From an uncultured Candidatus Bathyarchaeia archaeon (GTDB taxonomy: Archaea; Thermoproteota; CALKCG01; B24): a stretch of DNA of 64,000 nt. The notes under the pieces are model-generated. The model worked only from the letters and a program-made list of their open reading frames with translations. It ran no database searches and was not told the origin of the DNA. Both the position numbers and the translations under genes were made by a program. Position 1 is the first letter of the stretch, and each line of letters begins with the position of its first letter. Location of the stretch: NCBI GenBank assembly GCA_964463005.1, contig CAYWZZ010000007.1, forward strand, positions 5,054 to 69,053, read 5' to 3'. Below, piece after piece: positions 28,421-37,369 of this stretch.

Positions 28421-30856
28421 ATGCCTTCGTTAACGCTTAAGGATAAGCGTACTGTTTTCCCGTTTATTGCTTTTGTTGACCAAGAAGATTTGAAGCTTTC
28501 CCTCATACTTAACGCTATAAACCCTCAGATAGGCGGAGTTTTAATAAGAGGTGAGAAGGGCTCAGGTAAGAGCACCATAGTACGGGCCTTAGCTGATCTA
28601 CTGCCGGAGATAAAAGTCGTAGATGGATGCGTTTTCAACTGCGACCCAGATAATCCGGCTGAAATGTGTGAAGAGTGTTTTAGAAAGTGGAAGGAGGGGA
28701 ATATTAAAGTCGCTTTTAGAAAGATGAAGGTTATAACAATCCCCTTGGGTGTTACCGAAGATAGACTTATCGGAACTCTAGATATAGAGCGAACACTTCG
28801 AGAAGGTGTTAGAGTTTTCCAGCCCGGTCTTCTAGCTGAAGCCAATAGAAACATCGTGTACATAGATGAAGTAAACCTTCTCCCAGATCACATAGTAGAC
28901 GATATTTTAGACGTAGTAGCCTCAGGCTGGAACATAGTCGAAAGGGAGACGATATCCGTAGCTCACCCTTCAAGGTTTCTACTTGTTGGCACGATGAACC
29001 CTGAAGAAGGCGAACTTCGACCACAGCTTTTAGATAGGTTTCCACTATCGGTTACAGCCACATCTGTTAGAAATGAAGAATTAAGAGCTGAAATAGTTAA
29101 GAGAAATTTAGAGTTTGAAGAGGACCCTGATGGATTTAGAGCGAAGTATGAGCCCATGCAGGAGGAGCTTAGAAGGAGAATAATTGAAGCACGGAGTATG
29201 CTTTCGAAGGTCTTAATACCAAATTCCATAGTTAGACTCGTGGTGAGGCTTTGCATAGCATTGGATGTCGACGGCCATAGACCTGACATAGTCATTCTCA
29301 AGACTGCAAAAACTTTAGCGGCTTTTGAGAAAAAGCTGATAATTGACGCTTCTCACGTAAGGAGAGTGGCACTTCTAGCGCTTATGCATAGAACGAGAAG
29401 TGGCGGTTTTAAAGAGCCAGCCTCACGTGAAGAAATTCTCAAGACCTTTGAGCAATTGTACAATGAACTTTCTTGGGAGATAATACGAGAAATCTCTCAA
29501 CTAACTAACGTTAGGGAACCCAGTGTAAGAGACGATCTATCCAGTTTAAACTCTAAGCCTGAGAGCAATGAACTAGGAGAAATCAAATCTTCCGTTGGCA
29601 GAGGAGGAGATGGGACAATTAGCTCACAGCCTCGTAATCTGAAAAAACGTGAATTATCCGATAGTAGAGTTTCCGGAAGAAGAAACATTAGCCGGTTTTT
29701 TCAGCTGGTGAAAACTCCACTTAAGGATGAAGTTAAGGTGAAGATGAAGATTCCGGAAGGCTTTAGATCGGAAGATTTAAAGGGTGGCTTTGAAAGCCTC
29801 ATCACGGTCCTTGGAAATAAACCCATGGGTAGAGGGTTTTTCAGAGAACGTATATATGAAAGTGTTGGAGAGGTTAAAACCATAGCCTTGCCGTCGACTT
29901 CTCAAAAATACGCTAGAAGAAAGACATTCTACCTCTCAGGTAGGAGAGCTCAAATGCTGATGTATGCTACGGTAGGTAGGTATGCTGGTTATGAGAGTTA
30001 TAAGCGGAATTTTTCCACGAATTTAGCTTTAATTCCAACTATTCAAACAGCCGTAGCGAATGCACATATACGTAGTAGGCAGACTGGACAACTGATTGTA
30101 GACGTTGAACCTGAAGATTTAAAAGTTAAACTTCTATCTTCAAGGTCTAATTTGACGATAATCTTCCTTTTAGATTTAAGCGATTCTATGGCTGACTACC
30201 TACCAATTGTTTCAAAAGTTATACTCGGCCTCCATAGAGAAGCGTACACTAAACGTGATAAAGTTGGCGTTATAGCGTTTCAAGGGTTTAATGCCAACGT
30301 TATCTCCCACCCGACTAGAAACCTTTTAGTTGTTGCTAGAAAAGTTAGACGTTTAAGAGCGAGTGGATACACTCCACTCGCTAAGGGCCTTCAAACTTCC
30401 CTAGAACTGATTAAAACCGAAAAGAGGAGGGATAAGAGCACTCTCCCCGTTGTAGTTCTCATAAGCGATGGAGCGGCAAACGTTCCCTTAAGTACGACAT
30501 TTGTAAGCCCATTCTATTTGGATAGTTTAAGGAGGGCATATGAAGATTCGATATCTGTTGCTAAAAACCTAGCTAGGATGCGTATACCAGTAATTGCTAT
30601 AACTCCTGTTGGAGAATCGATCCATCAAGGGTTGAATAGGTCTGGACTCGAGTTGCTTAGGACGATTGCGAATATAACTGGTGGAGGATTTTACGTAGTT
30701 TCAATGCCTAAGCCTAGAGAGTTTATAGAACTTGTTAAGAAAAACATCTTCCCCAGCTATACGACTGATGAAGAGGTTAAAGCGATGTCTAGAGTTGTTA
30801 AGGATGCTATTATACTGTTTAGAAGAGGAAACTTTAGGGAAGGATTAATCTACTAG
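28421..30856 (+). CDS. ChlI/ChlD-type chelatase-like AAA+ ATPase fused to a VWA domain
   Basis: 811 aa. It has Walker A GEKGSGKST, Walker B IVYIDEVNLL, a Cys cluster VDGCVFNCDP...MCEEC, a low-complexity linker, and a C-terminal VWA domain with a MIDAS motif (LLDLSDSM...SDG). Confidence 0.7.
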   Translation: MPSLTLKDKRTVFPFIAFVDQEDLKLSLILNAINPQIGGVLIRGEKGSGKSTIVRALADLLPEIKVVDGCVFNCDPDNPAEMCEECFRKWKEGNIKVAFRKMKVITIPLGVTEDRLIGTLDIERTLREGVRVFQPGLLAEANRNIVYIDEVNLLPDHIVDDILDVVASGWNIVERETISVAHPSRFLLVGTMNPEEGELRPQLLDRFPLSVTATSVRNEELRAEIVKRNLEFEEDPDGFRAKYEPMQEELRRRIIEARSMLSKVLIPNSIVRLVVRLCIALDVDGHRPDIVILKTAKTLAAFEKKLIIDASHVRRVALLALMHRTRSGGFKEPASREEILKTFEQLYNELSWEIIREISQLTNVREPSVRDDLSSLNSKPESNELGEIKSSVGRGGDGTISSQPRNLKKRELSDSRVSGRRNISRFFQLVKTPLKDEVKVKMKIPEGFRSEDLKGGFESLITVLGNKPMGRGFFRERIYESVGEVKTIALPSTSQKYARRKTFYLSGRRAQMLMYATVGRYAGYESYKRNFSTNLALIPTIQTAVANAHIRSRQTGQLIVDVEPEDLKVKLLSSRSNLTIIFLLDLSDSMADYLPIVSKVILGLHREAYTKRDKVGVIAFQGFNANVISHPTRNLLVVARKVRRLRASGYTPLAKGLQTSLELIKTEKRRDKSTLPVVVLISDGAANVPLSTTFVSPFYLDSLRRAYEDSISVAKNLARMRIPVIAITPVGESIHQGLNRSGLELLRTIANITGGGFYVVSMPKPREFIELVKKNIFPSYTTDEEVKAMSRVVKDAIILFRRGNFREGLIY

Positions 30857-30931
30857 GCTCAAATCAACATTAAACATGTTAAGTCAGAAAATATTTTAAC
30901 ATAGGTTGCCGAAGTATTTTTCTGAGCATTT

Positions 30932-31915
30932 ATGGAATACGGTATAGCTGTAGATTTAGGTGCGACGAATATTAGAGTTGCCGCTGGTACTGCTAAAGGT
31001 GGATTCATAGCAAGAGCTTACGCGCGTACGAATCTATTTGAAGGTGCCGAAGCGATAAGTCTCCAAGTAATATCAATGATACGGAGGCTTCAAGATGAAG
31101 CTGGACTCGCTCTCAAGGATATGGTCGGTATAGGTGTTGGTGCTTTCGGCCCTCAGGATCCCGTGAGGGGTGGTATTGTAAAACCTGCTAATGCACCTTA
31201 CGAGTTTATACCAATTAGAAAGCCTCTCGAAGATGCTTTCAAAGTTCCAGTAGAAGTCTATAATGATTGTGTTGCATCAGTTATTGGAGAAAAGTTTTAC
31301 GGTCTAGGTAAAAGCGTAGATAACATCGTCTATATAACCATAAGTACTGGGATAGGTGCTGGCGTTTACGTCGACCGCCGCCTACTTTTAGGTAAAGATG
31401 GAAATGCCCATGAAATAGGTCACATAGTGGTAGACTACGAGGGGAGGCTTATCTGCGGATGCGGTAAACGTGGACACTGGGAGGCCTACTGTTCAGGGCG
31501 TAATATACCGAACTTTGCAAGGCTTATAATTGAAACTCAGAAAAGATTTGAAGATTTCAAGAAAAGCTATCTGTGGAGAGCTTCAAATAACAGTTTAAAT
31601 GGTATAACCGCTAAGTCCATTTATGATGGGGCTAAAATGGGCGACAAACTTTGCATAGACATAGTGGAGAATATCGGTGCTTTAAATGCTATGGGTGTAG
31701 CCTCCGCTATAAACGTTTACGACCCAGATCTTATAACATTGGGTGGAGCTGTTACGCTTAACAATGTTGAACAGGTTTTAAATCCAATAAAACAACACTT
31801 TAAAGAATACATAGTCAATAGGGAGGCGGAGATAGCTGTAACACCTTTAGGTGATGACATAGGACTTTACGGTGCGTTAGCCTTAGCTTTCAGACTTCAT
31901 AAGGATAAGGTCTAA
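30932..31915 (+). CDS. ROK-family sugar kinase (glucokinase-like)
   Basis: 327 aa with an N-terminal ATP motif (AVDLGATNIRVA) and the ROK zinc motif GHIVVD...CGCGKRGHWEAYCSG. Confidence 0.75.
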   Translation: MEYGIAVDLGATNIRVAAGTAKGGFIARAYARTNLFEGAEAISLQVISMIRRLQDEAGLALKDMVGIGVGAFGPQDPVRGGIVKPANAPYEFIPIRKPLEDAFKVPVEVYNDCVASVIGEKFYGLGKSVDNIVYITISTGIGAGVYVDRRLLLGKDGNAHEIGHIVVDYEGRLICGCGKRGHWEAYCSGRNIPNFARLIIETQKRFEDFKKSYLWRASNNSLNGITAKSIYDGAKMGDKLCIDIVENIGALNAMGVASAINVYDPDLITLGGAVTLNNVEQVLNPIKQHFKEYIVNREAEIAVTPLGDDIGLYGALALAFRLHKDKV

Positions 31916-32847
31916 ACCTTAAGCTTCGCTAAGAGTTCACAGGCTTTACATAGATCTCCCATCGCGGGACTCCCGCAGATTCTGCATTTTCTAACTTGTG
32001 GAAATTCTAAACTCCGCTTAAGATTGTTGGCTACTTCTTCAAAACTCTTTAGTAAAGTGAACATTATACCTGGGTGTCTACTTTCCAACCGGTTGACTAA
32101 AACTCTAATATCAGATCTGAGAGATGAGCCAGTGTAGGGGCATTGTGTAGGTTGGAATTTAAAGCCCATGAGGGCGGCATAAAGCGATACTTCTCTTTCA
32201 GGTATTAAAACCATTGGCTTAACCCTAGTAGGGGTTCCCGGGAAACTGCTCTCAGTCACTGGACCTGAAGTTGTAAACCTGTATAGGTCTCCGTGAGCTA
32301 GGTTTAGCATGTACGTTTGAATAACGTCGTCGAGGTTGTGAGCCGTGGCTATTTTATTGAGGTTAAGCTCTTCAGATGCTATGTTCAACGCTTTACGTCG
32401 TAAAATACCGCAGTAGATGCATGGTCTAGGTTTAAGGTCCTTTTCTGAAGCCTTTTTAACAAGTTCATCAAGTGTTAAGCCGAAGAGTTTTTTAAAGCTG
32501 TAGACGTAGTGTGGGACGTTAAGCTTTTTACAAGCCTCAGAAGCTATTTTTAAAGCCGCTCTCCTATAGCCTCTTATACCTTCATCTATTGTAATGGCCA
32601 CAAGTTTAGCTTTCGGAAAACCAGCCTCAATCTTGGATAGGATGTGCAGTAACGTTAAGCTGTCTTTCCCTCCTGAAATAGCTAGCCCTATCCTATCGTC
32701 TGGATTGAACATTTTATAGCGTTTTATTGCGAAGTGCACCCTATCGTCTATGGATTTTAAGAAGTGCTTACGACATAGTATTTCACCAGAATACGCTCTC
32801 TTGTAAATTGCCGCTTCATCGCATCTCTGACATTTAAGCAATAACAC
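31912..32847 (-). CDS. TtuA/Ncs6-family PP-loop tRNA 2-thiolation protein
   Basis: 311 aa with an N-terminal CxxC...C zinc finger, the PP-loop SGGKDS, and C-terminal CRICG...CKAC. Confidence 0.65.
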   Translation of the reverse strand: MLLLKCQRCDEAAIYKRAYSGEILCRKHFLKSIDDRVHFAIKRYKMFNPDDRIGLAISGGKDSLTLLHILSKIEAGFPKAKLVAITIDEGIRGYRRAALKIASEACKKLNVPHYVYSFKKLFGLTLDELVKKASEKDLKPRPCIYCGILRRKALNIASEELNLNKIATAHNLDDVIQTYMLNLAHGDLYRFTTSGPVTESSFPGTPTRVKPMVLIPEREVSLYAALMGFKFQPTQCPYTGSSLRSDIRVLVNRLESRHPGIMFTLLKSFEEVANNLKRSLEFPQVRKCRICGSPAMGDLCKACELLAKLKV

Positions 32848-32861
32848 TCACCAATTTCATG

Positions 32862-34034
32862 TCAACTTAAAATTCTAAATCTCAAAAACGTTAAACTTAT
32901 GTTTAGCAGTAGAAGACCGAGTGCAAAAGCGTTTAAGCATAATGTTGTGGTTTTACGTAGTACGCGATTTTTTATCTTAGTTAGAAATACATCTACAAAT
33001 CCATATCCATCTAAGGGATACATCGGTAGCATGTTGAATATTGCGAATGCGACGTTTGTATTGCACGTATACATCAAAATTAGATATCCTGTAAACGTTA
33101 TAGGTCTCGGTATCAAATCTCCGAAGATTGATGGACTATAGGGATACGCATAGAATCTTACGTTTAAACTCCTGTTAAACTCACTTATGGAAACGTTAAA
33201 AACACCTTTATCGGTTTTTATGACTAAGTTATCTGTCATATTCAATCTGCTCAGTTCTTTCAGCGGATTCTGATACGGCGTTATGAACGGTATTGAAGGT
33301 TTAGTCGATCCTAGTTTAACGCCATTTATCTCACTTATGATGCTCCAGCTATCTAAGCCGAGCTTATATAATGGGCTGTCTGGACTTACACTGTAGACTA
33401 GAAGGCCTTGAGGCTGTTGGAAGAGTACGTTTAAAGCTATAAGTGTTATGAGTGCTACTGCTAGGTTTGCTGAAGGACCTGACGATAATATTCTAAGCTT
33501 GGATAAAGATTTAGACTTCTTAAAAGCCTTTTCATTCGGTTCGACGAATCCTCCGAACACTATTAACGCTAATAGTAGACCAGAAGATTCAATAGGTATG
33601 TCTTCGAGCCTTGCTACAACTCCGTGCATCATTTCATGTACGGTAAGTCCTACGAGAATTGCTGGTAGAATATAAAGTAGAGGTTCAAAACCAACAGTTA
33701 TACCTGGTAGTATTGGCATTAGCCCCACAGCTTCCTCAGACCTTACGAATAGTTTAAATATGTTTTCCGTGAGCGTGTAAGCTGAAAATAGTATCAGTCC
33801 AAATGCTAAAAATATACTGAGTGTTGAATAGCACCTCCAGAACTCTTTAAACTTATTTGATAGATCGTCGAGGAGTTTATTGAATTTTGCCGTCCTATAT
33901 ATTATTATGAAGGGTTTAACGTAAAGGTTTCTCCCACTCAACTTAAATATCTTAGCTATTGCGTAAACCGTAAACCAAAAAACCATGATAAGCGCCAGAT
34001 ATATTCCAGTGTGTAGATATACGTTTAAGCTCAA
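32862..34034 (-). CDS. Site-2 protease (peptidase M50) with a PDZ-like insert
   Basis: 390 aa. It is multi-pass membrane, with HEMMHG (HExxH) in a TM segment and a later NMLPMYPLDG motif. Confidence 0.7.
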   Translation of the reverse strand: MSLNVYLHTGIYLALIMVFWFTVYAIAKIFKLSGRNLYVKPFIIIYRTAKFNKLLDDLSNKFKEFWRCYSTLSIFLAFGLILFSAYTLTENIFKLFVRSEEAVGLMPILPGITVGFEPLLYILPAILVGLTVHEMMHGVVARLEDIPIESSGLLLALIVFGGFVEPNEKAFKKSKSLSKLRILSSGPSANLAVALITLIALNVLFQQPQGLLVYSVSPDSPLYKLGLDSWSIISEINGVKLGSTKPSIPFITPYQNPLKELSRLNMTDNLVIKTDKGVFNVSISEFNRSLNVRFYAYPYSPSIFGDLIPRPITFTGYLILMYTCNTNVAFAIFNMLPMYPLDGYGFVDVFLTKIKNRVLRKTTTLCLNAFALGLLLLNISLTFLRFRILS

Positions 34035-34741
34035 AACCTTAACCTCCTTCTAGCTGGAGGACTTTTAGAAACGATTTCCTTAAAAACGCTTTCAAAATTA
34101 TCACCTTCAGTTAAAAGCCTTTTAATGAATAAACCCGTTCTACCATGTTCATCCCTTCTCTTTAAAACTCTCACCCGTTCTTTGACGACGTCTACGCTTA
34201 CGCCGAGCTCCCTAGCTACTTCAGACTCAAACCCTTCAATCGGATATTCGAGATGCCCATGAACTGTAGGCTTGATAAATGTAAGTCTTTTAGTACATCC
34301 TGGCACTCTTAAACCCTTCCTCAATTCCTCAAGCCCTATCATACCGCCGAACTTGTAGAATTCAAGCTCTCTAGTTCTAAAACTCAAAAGTGGAAATGTT
34401 ACAGATATCTTCTCTCGAAAGTCCAAGTATATATGGGCTTTAGGAGTATTGCTTGGAGTTGCCTGCGTTAAAACCCTACTAAAGATGTTGAAGCCCTTAA
34501 CGAGTAGACACGTTTCTACAACATGACTCGGAATGGGCTGAAGAATAATAACATCAACATCACTATCTTCATCGACATCTCCTCTAGCCACACTTCCATG
34601 AATAAACCCCTTAATGTTAAAGCTTTCTAAGGCTTCAAGTAGCTTAATAGCTTCTGCTCTAAGCTTTTTTAGAGTCAACCATCTCTCAGCCGTATAGAAA
34701 ACTTCTAAAACTTCCCTTAATTTAAGGGGCTTTTCAGCCAT
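34031..34741 (-). CDS. Pol-beta-superfamily nucleotidyltransferase-domain protein
   Basis: The motif GFIHGSVARGDVDEDSDVDVIIL is present. The track ORF (to 35161) overlaps the divergent KH gene in antisense. I start the gene at MAEKPLKLREV (34741); this start is uncertain. Confidence 0.55.
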   Translation of the reverse strand: MAEKPLKLREVLEVFYTAERWLTLKKLRAEAIKLLEALESFNIKGFIHGSVARGDVDEDSDVDVIILQPIPSHVVETCLLVKGFNIFSRVLTQATPSNTPKAHIYLDFREKISVTFPLLSFRTRELEFYKFGGMIGLEELRKGLRVPGCTKRLTFIKPTVHGHLEYPIEGFESEVARELGVSVDVVKERVRVLKRRDEHGRTGLFIKRLLTEGDNFESVFKEIVSKSPPARRRLRF

Positions 34742-34961
34742 CTCTAAAGTTAATTTATGATGAAATTTTCCTAATAAGGTTAGCCTATACGCATGCATAA
34801 AATCTTTCTCCCATTTACCAGATGAAGTTTTCAAAGCTCCACCAAGCATATTCTGAATACGAGGAGAATTCATCAGTAGCTTTGAGCAGTCAACTATCCG
34901 ACGTTTATGGGAAAGGTATAAAGCTTCGAGTTTCTCTTTTATAAAGGGAGCGTTAAGAACT

Positions 34962-35537
34962 ATGAGCGTCTTCAGGGTGAGGGTTCCGATTAATAGAGTT
35001 GGCGTTTTGATAGGAGCTAAGGGGGAAGTTAAACGTACTATTGAAGAGAAGTGCCATGTTAAACTTAACATAGATAGCTCATCTGGAGATGTGGAAATAT
35101 CACCTGTCAATAATGGAGATGTTTTAAGCCCGCTTGTGGCTAAGAATATAGTTCTAGCCATAGGCCGTGGTTTCAGCCCTGAGAGAGCGTTTAGACTTTT
35201 AGAGGAGGATACAATGTTTGAGGTTTTAGATCTTCGAGACGATTACGGTTTAAATGAGAATGCTATTAGAAGAATTCAGGGTAGGATAATAGGGCGTGAA
35301 GGTAAGGCCAGAAAGATGATAGAGGAACTAACAGGCGTATATATATCCGTTTATGGTAACACCGTCGCTTTAATCGGTAAAAGCCCTTGGTTTGAACTCG
35401 CTAAAGAAGCCATTCAAATGCTCATAGACGGCCGTCAACATAGCACGGTCTATAAGCATCTTGTTAGAGAGCGTAGGAGAATTAAAAGACTTGAAATGGA
35501 TATTTGGAAGAAGCCAGGCGAGGAGTCGAAAATCTAG
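34962..35537 (+). CDS. Two-KH-domain RNA-binding protein (Pno1/Dim2-like)
   Basis: 191 aa with two GxxG-type KH cores (IGAKGEVKRTIE; IIGREGKARKMIE). Confidence 0.65.
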   Translation: MSVFRVRVPINRVGVLIGAKGEVKRTIEEKCHVKLNIDSSSGDVEISPVNNGDVLSPLVAKNIVLAIGRGFSPERAFRLLEEDTMFEVLDLRDDYGLNENAIRRIQGRIIGREGKARKMIEELTGVYISVYGNTVALIGKSPWFELAKEAIQMLIDGRQHSTVYKHLVRERRRIKRLEMDIWKKPGEESKI

Positions 35538-36289
35538 ATCTTTAATATTCTAAGTATATTTTTCCCCAAGATATTCTCTTCATCTATTGGATTTAACTTT
35601 AAAGCTTTTATTTTTTCAAGTTCCCTCTTCGCGAAGTTTACAGTATCCGGCTCCTCATGCGGTCCATCTGTACCGAATATTATTCGATTTGAACCCACCT
35701 TTTGAACAGCCTCCTTTATCTTATGAGTTAGTAAAACTCCACTCGTATCTAGATATATGTTCTCATATGTAGATGCCAAGTTTATGAACTGGTCTATGAG
35801 TTTCTCATCCGCAGATAAGTACTTTCCGAAGTGTGCAACTATTATCTTGGCTTTCGGAAACTTTTCAGCCATACGTTTAACATCCGAATACCTTCCTACG
35901 CAATCTATTAGACAGGGTACTTCAAGCTTTTCAGCCAATTCTATGACAGGGTCTACAACGTATTCGGCTATCGTATATTCTCCAGCGTGAACTTTAATTC
36001 CTTTAAATCCAAGCTTCACCACCGCATCCATAATCTCATCGTTAACGGCTTTCTCAAAACTCGGAATGGCGTAAACGTAAGGTATTAATCTATCTGGAAA
36101 CTTTCTATATGCTTCAAGAGCCATCTCTATCGAACGCTTAGTTGAGGTACTCATTGCGAAAACCACGGAAAGATCTATACCAACGGCATCCATGGTATGG
36201 ACTATCACTTCGGGGCTGTATTCGGTTCTATTGACGTCACCATGTTTTAAATGAACGTGAGAATCTACTATCAAAAACGACCCCCTCAA
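35534..36289 (-). CDS. Amidohydrolase_2-family metal-dependent hydrolase
   Basis: 251 aa with IVDSHVHLKH, GFKGIKVHAG, IIVAHFG, NIYLDTSG and IIFGTDGP. Confidence 0.7.
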   Translation of the reverse strand: MRGSFLIVDSHVHLKHGDVNRTEYSPEVIVHTMDAVGIDLSVVFAMSTSTKRSIEMALEAYRKFPDRLIPYVYAIPSFEKAVNDEIMDAVVKLGFKGIKVHAGEYTIAEYVVDPVIELAEKLEVPCLIDCVGRYSDVKRMAEKFPKAKIIVAHFGKYLSADEKLIDQFINLASTYENIYLDTSGVLLTHKIKEAVQKVGSNRIIFGTDGPHEEPDTVNFAKRELEKIKALKLNPIDEENILGKNILRILKI

Positions 36290-36464
36290 TTAGAGTAAAC
36301 GTAGTGTTTATTTAAAAATAATCTTATTCACAAATCAGAGCCTTCGCGAGAAGCCCTGTCAATTCGCACGACTTATTAATGATTTCCAGCCCATAAGACT
36401 CTGAGGATTTTAAAGCATTTTCCACAAGGACAATAGCCGATTATGCCGTGAATTTTGAGAAGTG

Positions 36465-37157
36465 CTAATCTTCTATGTAGATATACTCTCCTTCAGTCCT
36501 CATCATCTTCATACGGCTGGTTATGAAACCCCAGTGCATATAGTTTACTTTAGCATACACTGTCCAGTAGTTTATGTAAACCCCCTTTATACCGTTCTCA
36601 AGTATCACAACAACCGTGTACGTTTTTCCAATCCTAACACCTGTAAACACGGCTTGAGAATGCCACTGATTTGGAGCTATTGGAACTTCTACTAAAGCTT
36701 CAGTCAAACCAATCTCCCAGATTATTACGAATCCCTTTGGAGCTAGTGTAGGATTGTCGTAGAATGCTAAATCCACGATTAGGTAACCAGCCTCCCAAGA
36801 TGTAGGAGCTTCTACGAAGACTGCTGTAACATTTGCATCACCTTCAAGCGTTAAAGTCGTAAATGGCGATGAGCTGTAGTTTACGAAGTTTATATGCCAA
36901 TGGTCAAACTCAAAACCGCTATAGACGTCCGCGACCTGAAGAGTTACAGTTGCTCCCCGCTTAATAGTATGAACGCCGGGAGGGGGAAGTGTAAGACCAC
37001 CTGGTGTGACATCGATTCTGAGAGTTACATAATCTTCGGATGTTGAGCTAAACCATGGGACAAACGGCTCTTCCTCCTCAAAAGAGGCTGAGGACACTAT
37101 TAATCCCAACATTACTACTATCAGGAGTCCAACTTTGAATTTCAAATTCATGATCAC
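36465..37157 (-). CDS. Secreted/membrane-anchored hypothetical protein (beta-rich; InlB-B-repeat-like segment)
   Basis: 230 aa. It has an N-terminal hydrophobic signal (KFKVGLLIVVMLGLIVSSASF), then GGLTLPPPGVHTIKRGATVTLQVADVYSGFEFDHW, which resembles bacterial B-repeat domains. Confidence 0.4.
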   Translation of the reverse strand: MIMNLKFKVGLLIVVMLGLIVSSASFEEEEPFVPWFSSTSEDYVTLRIDVTPGGLTLPPPGVHTIKRGATVTLQVADVYSGFEFDHWHINFVNYSSSPFTTLTLEGDANVTAVFVEAPTSWEAGYLIVDLAFYDNPTLAPKGFVIIWEIGLTEALVEVPIAPNQWHSQAVFTGVRIGKTYTVVVILENGIKGVYINYWTVYAKVNYMHWGFITSRMKMMRTEGEYIYIED

Positions 37158-37216
37158 AATATGTTGATGCGTCTTTCCTATATATGTCTTAACATTTCCA
37201 AGACGTATGGCGATAG

Positions 37217-37269
37217 CATATCACTACTATTTTGAAAATATAATGTTTTTACGTTAAAGTAGTGATATG
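37217..37269. promoter_or_regulatory. 12-bp perfect inverted repeat with a 29-nt AT-rich spacer in the divergent promoter region upstream of top6B
   Basis: CATATCACTACT (37217-37228) and AGTAGTGATATG (37258-37269) are exact reverse complements. Confidence 0.3.
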
Positions 37270-37369
37270 TACTATGTTAAAAGGTTTATCTAGTGGCATT
37301 TACTGTGGTTATACAACCCCAATTAGACTATGAGTTGCTTCTATGGAGAATTGAAAAGGAGGCTTAAAC

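Noticed and set aside
34742-35161. The long N-terminal extension of ORF 34031-35161
   Set aside because: The extension runs antisense through the start of the KH-domain gene and has low-complexity composition. The nucleotidyltransferase domain begins well downstream, so I trimmed the start to 34741.
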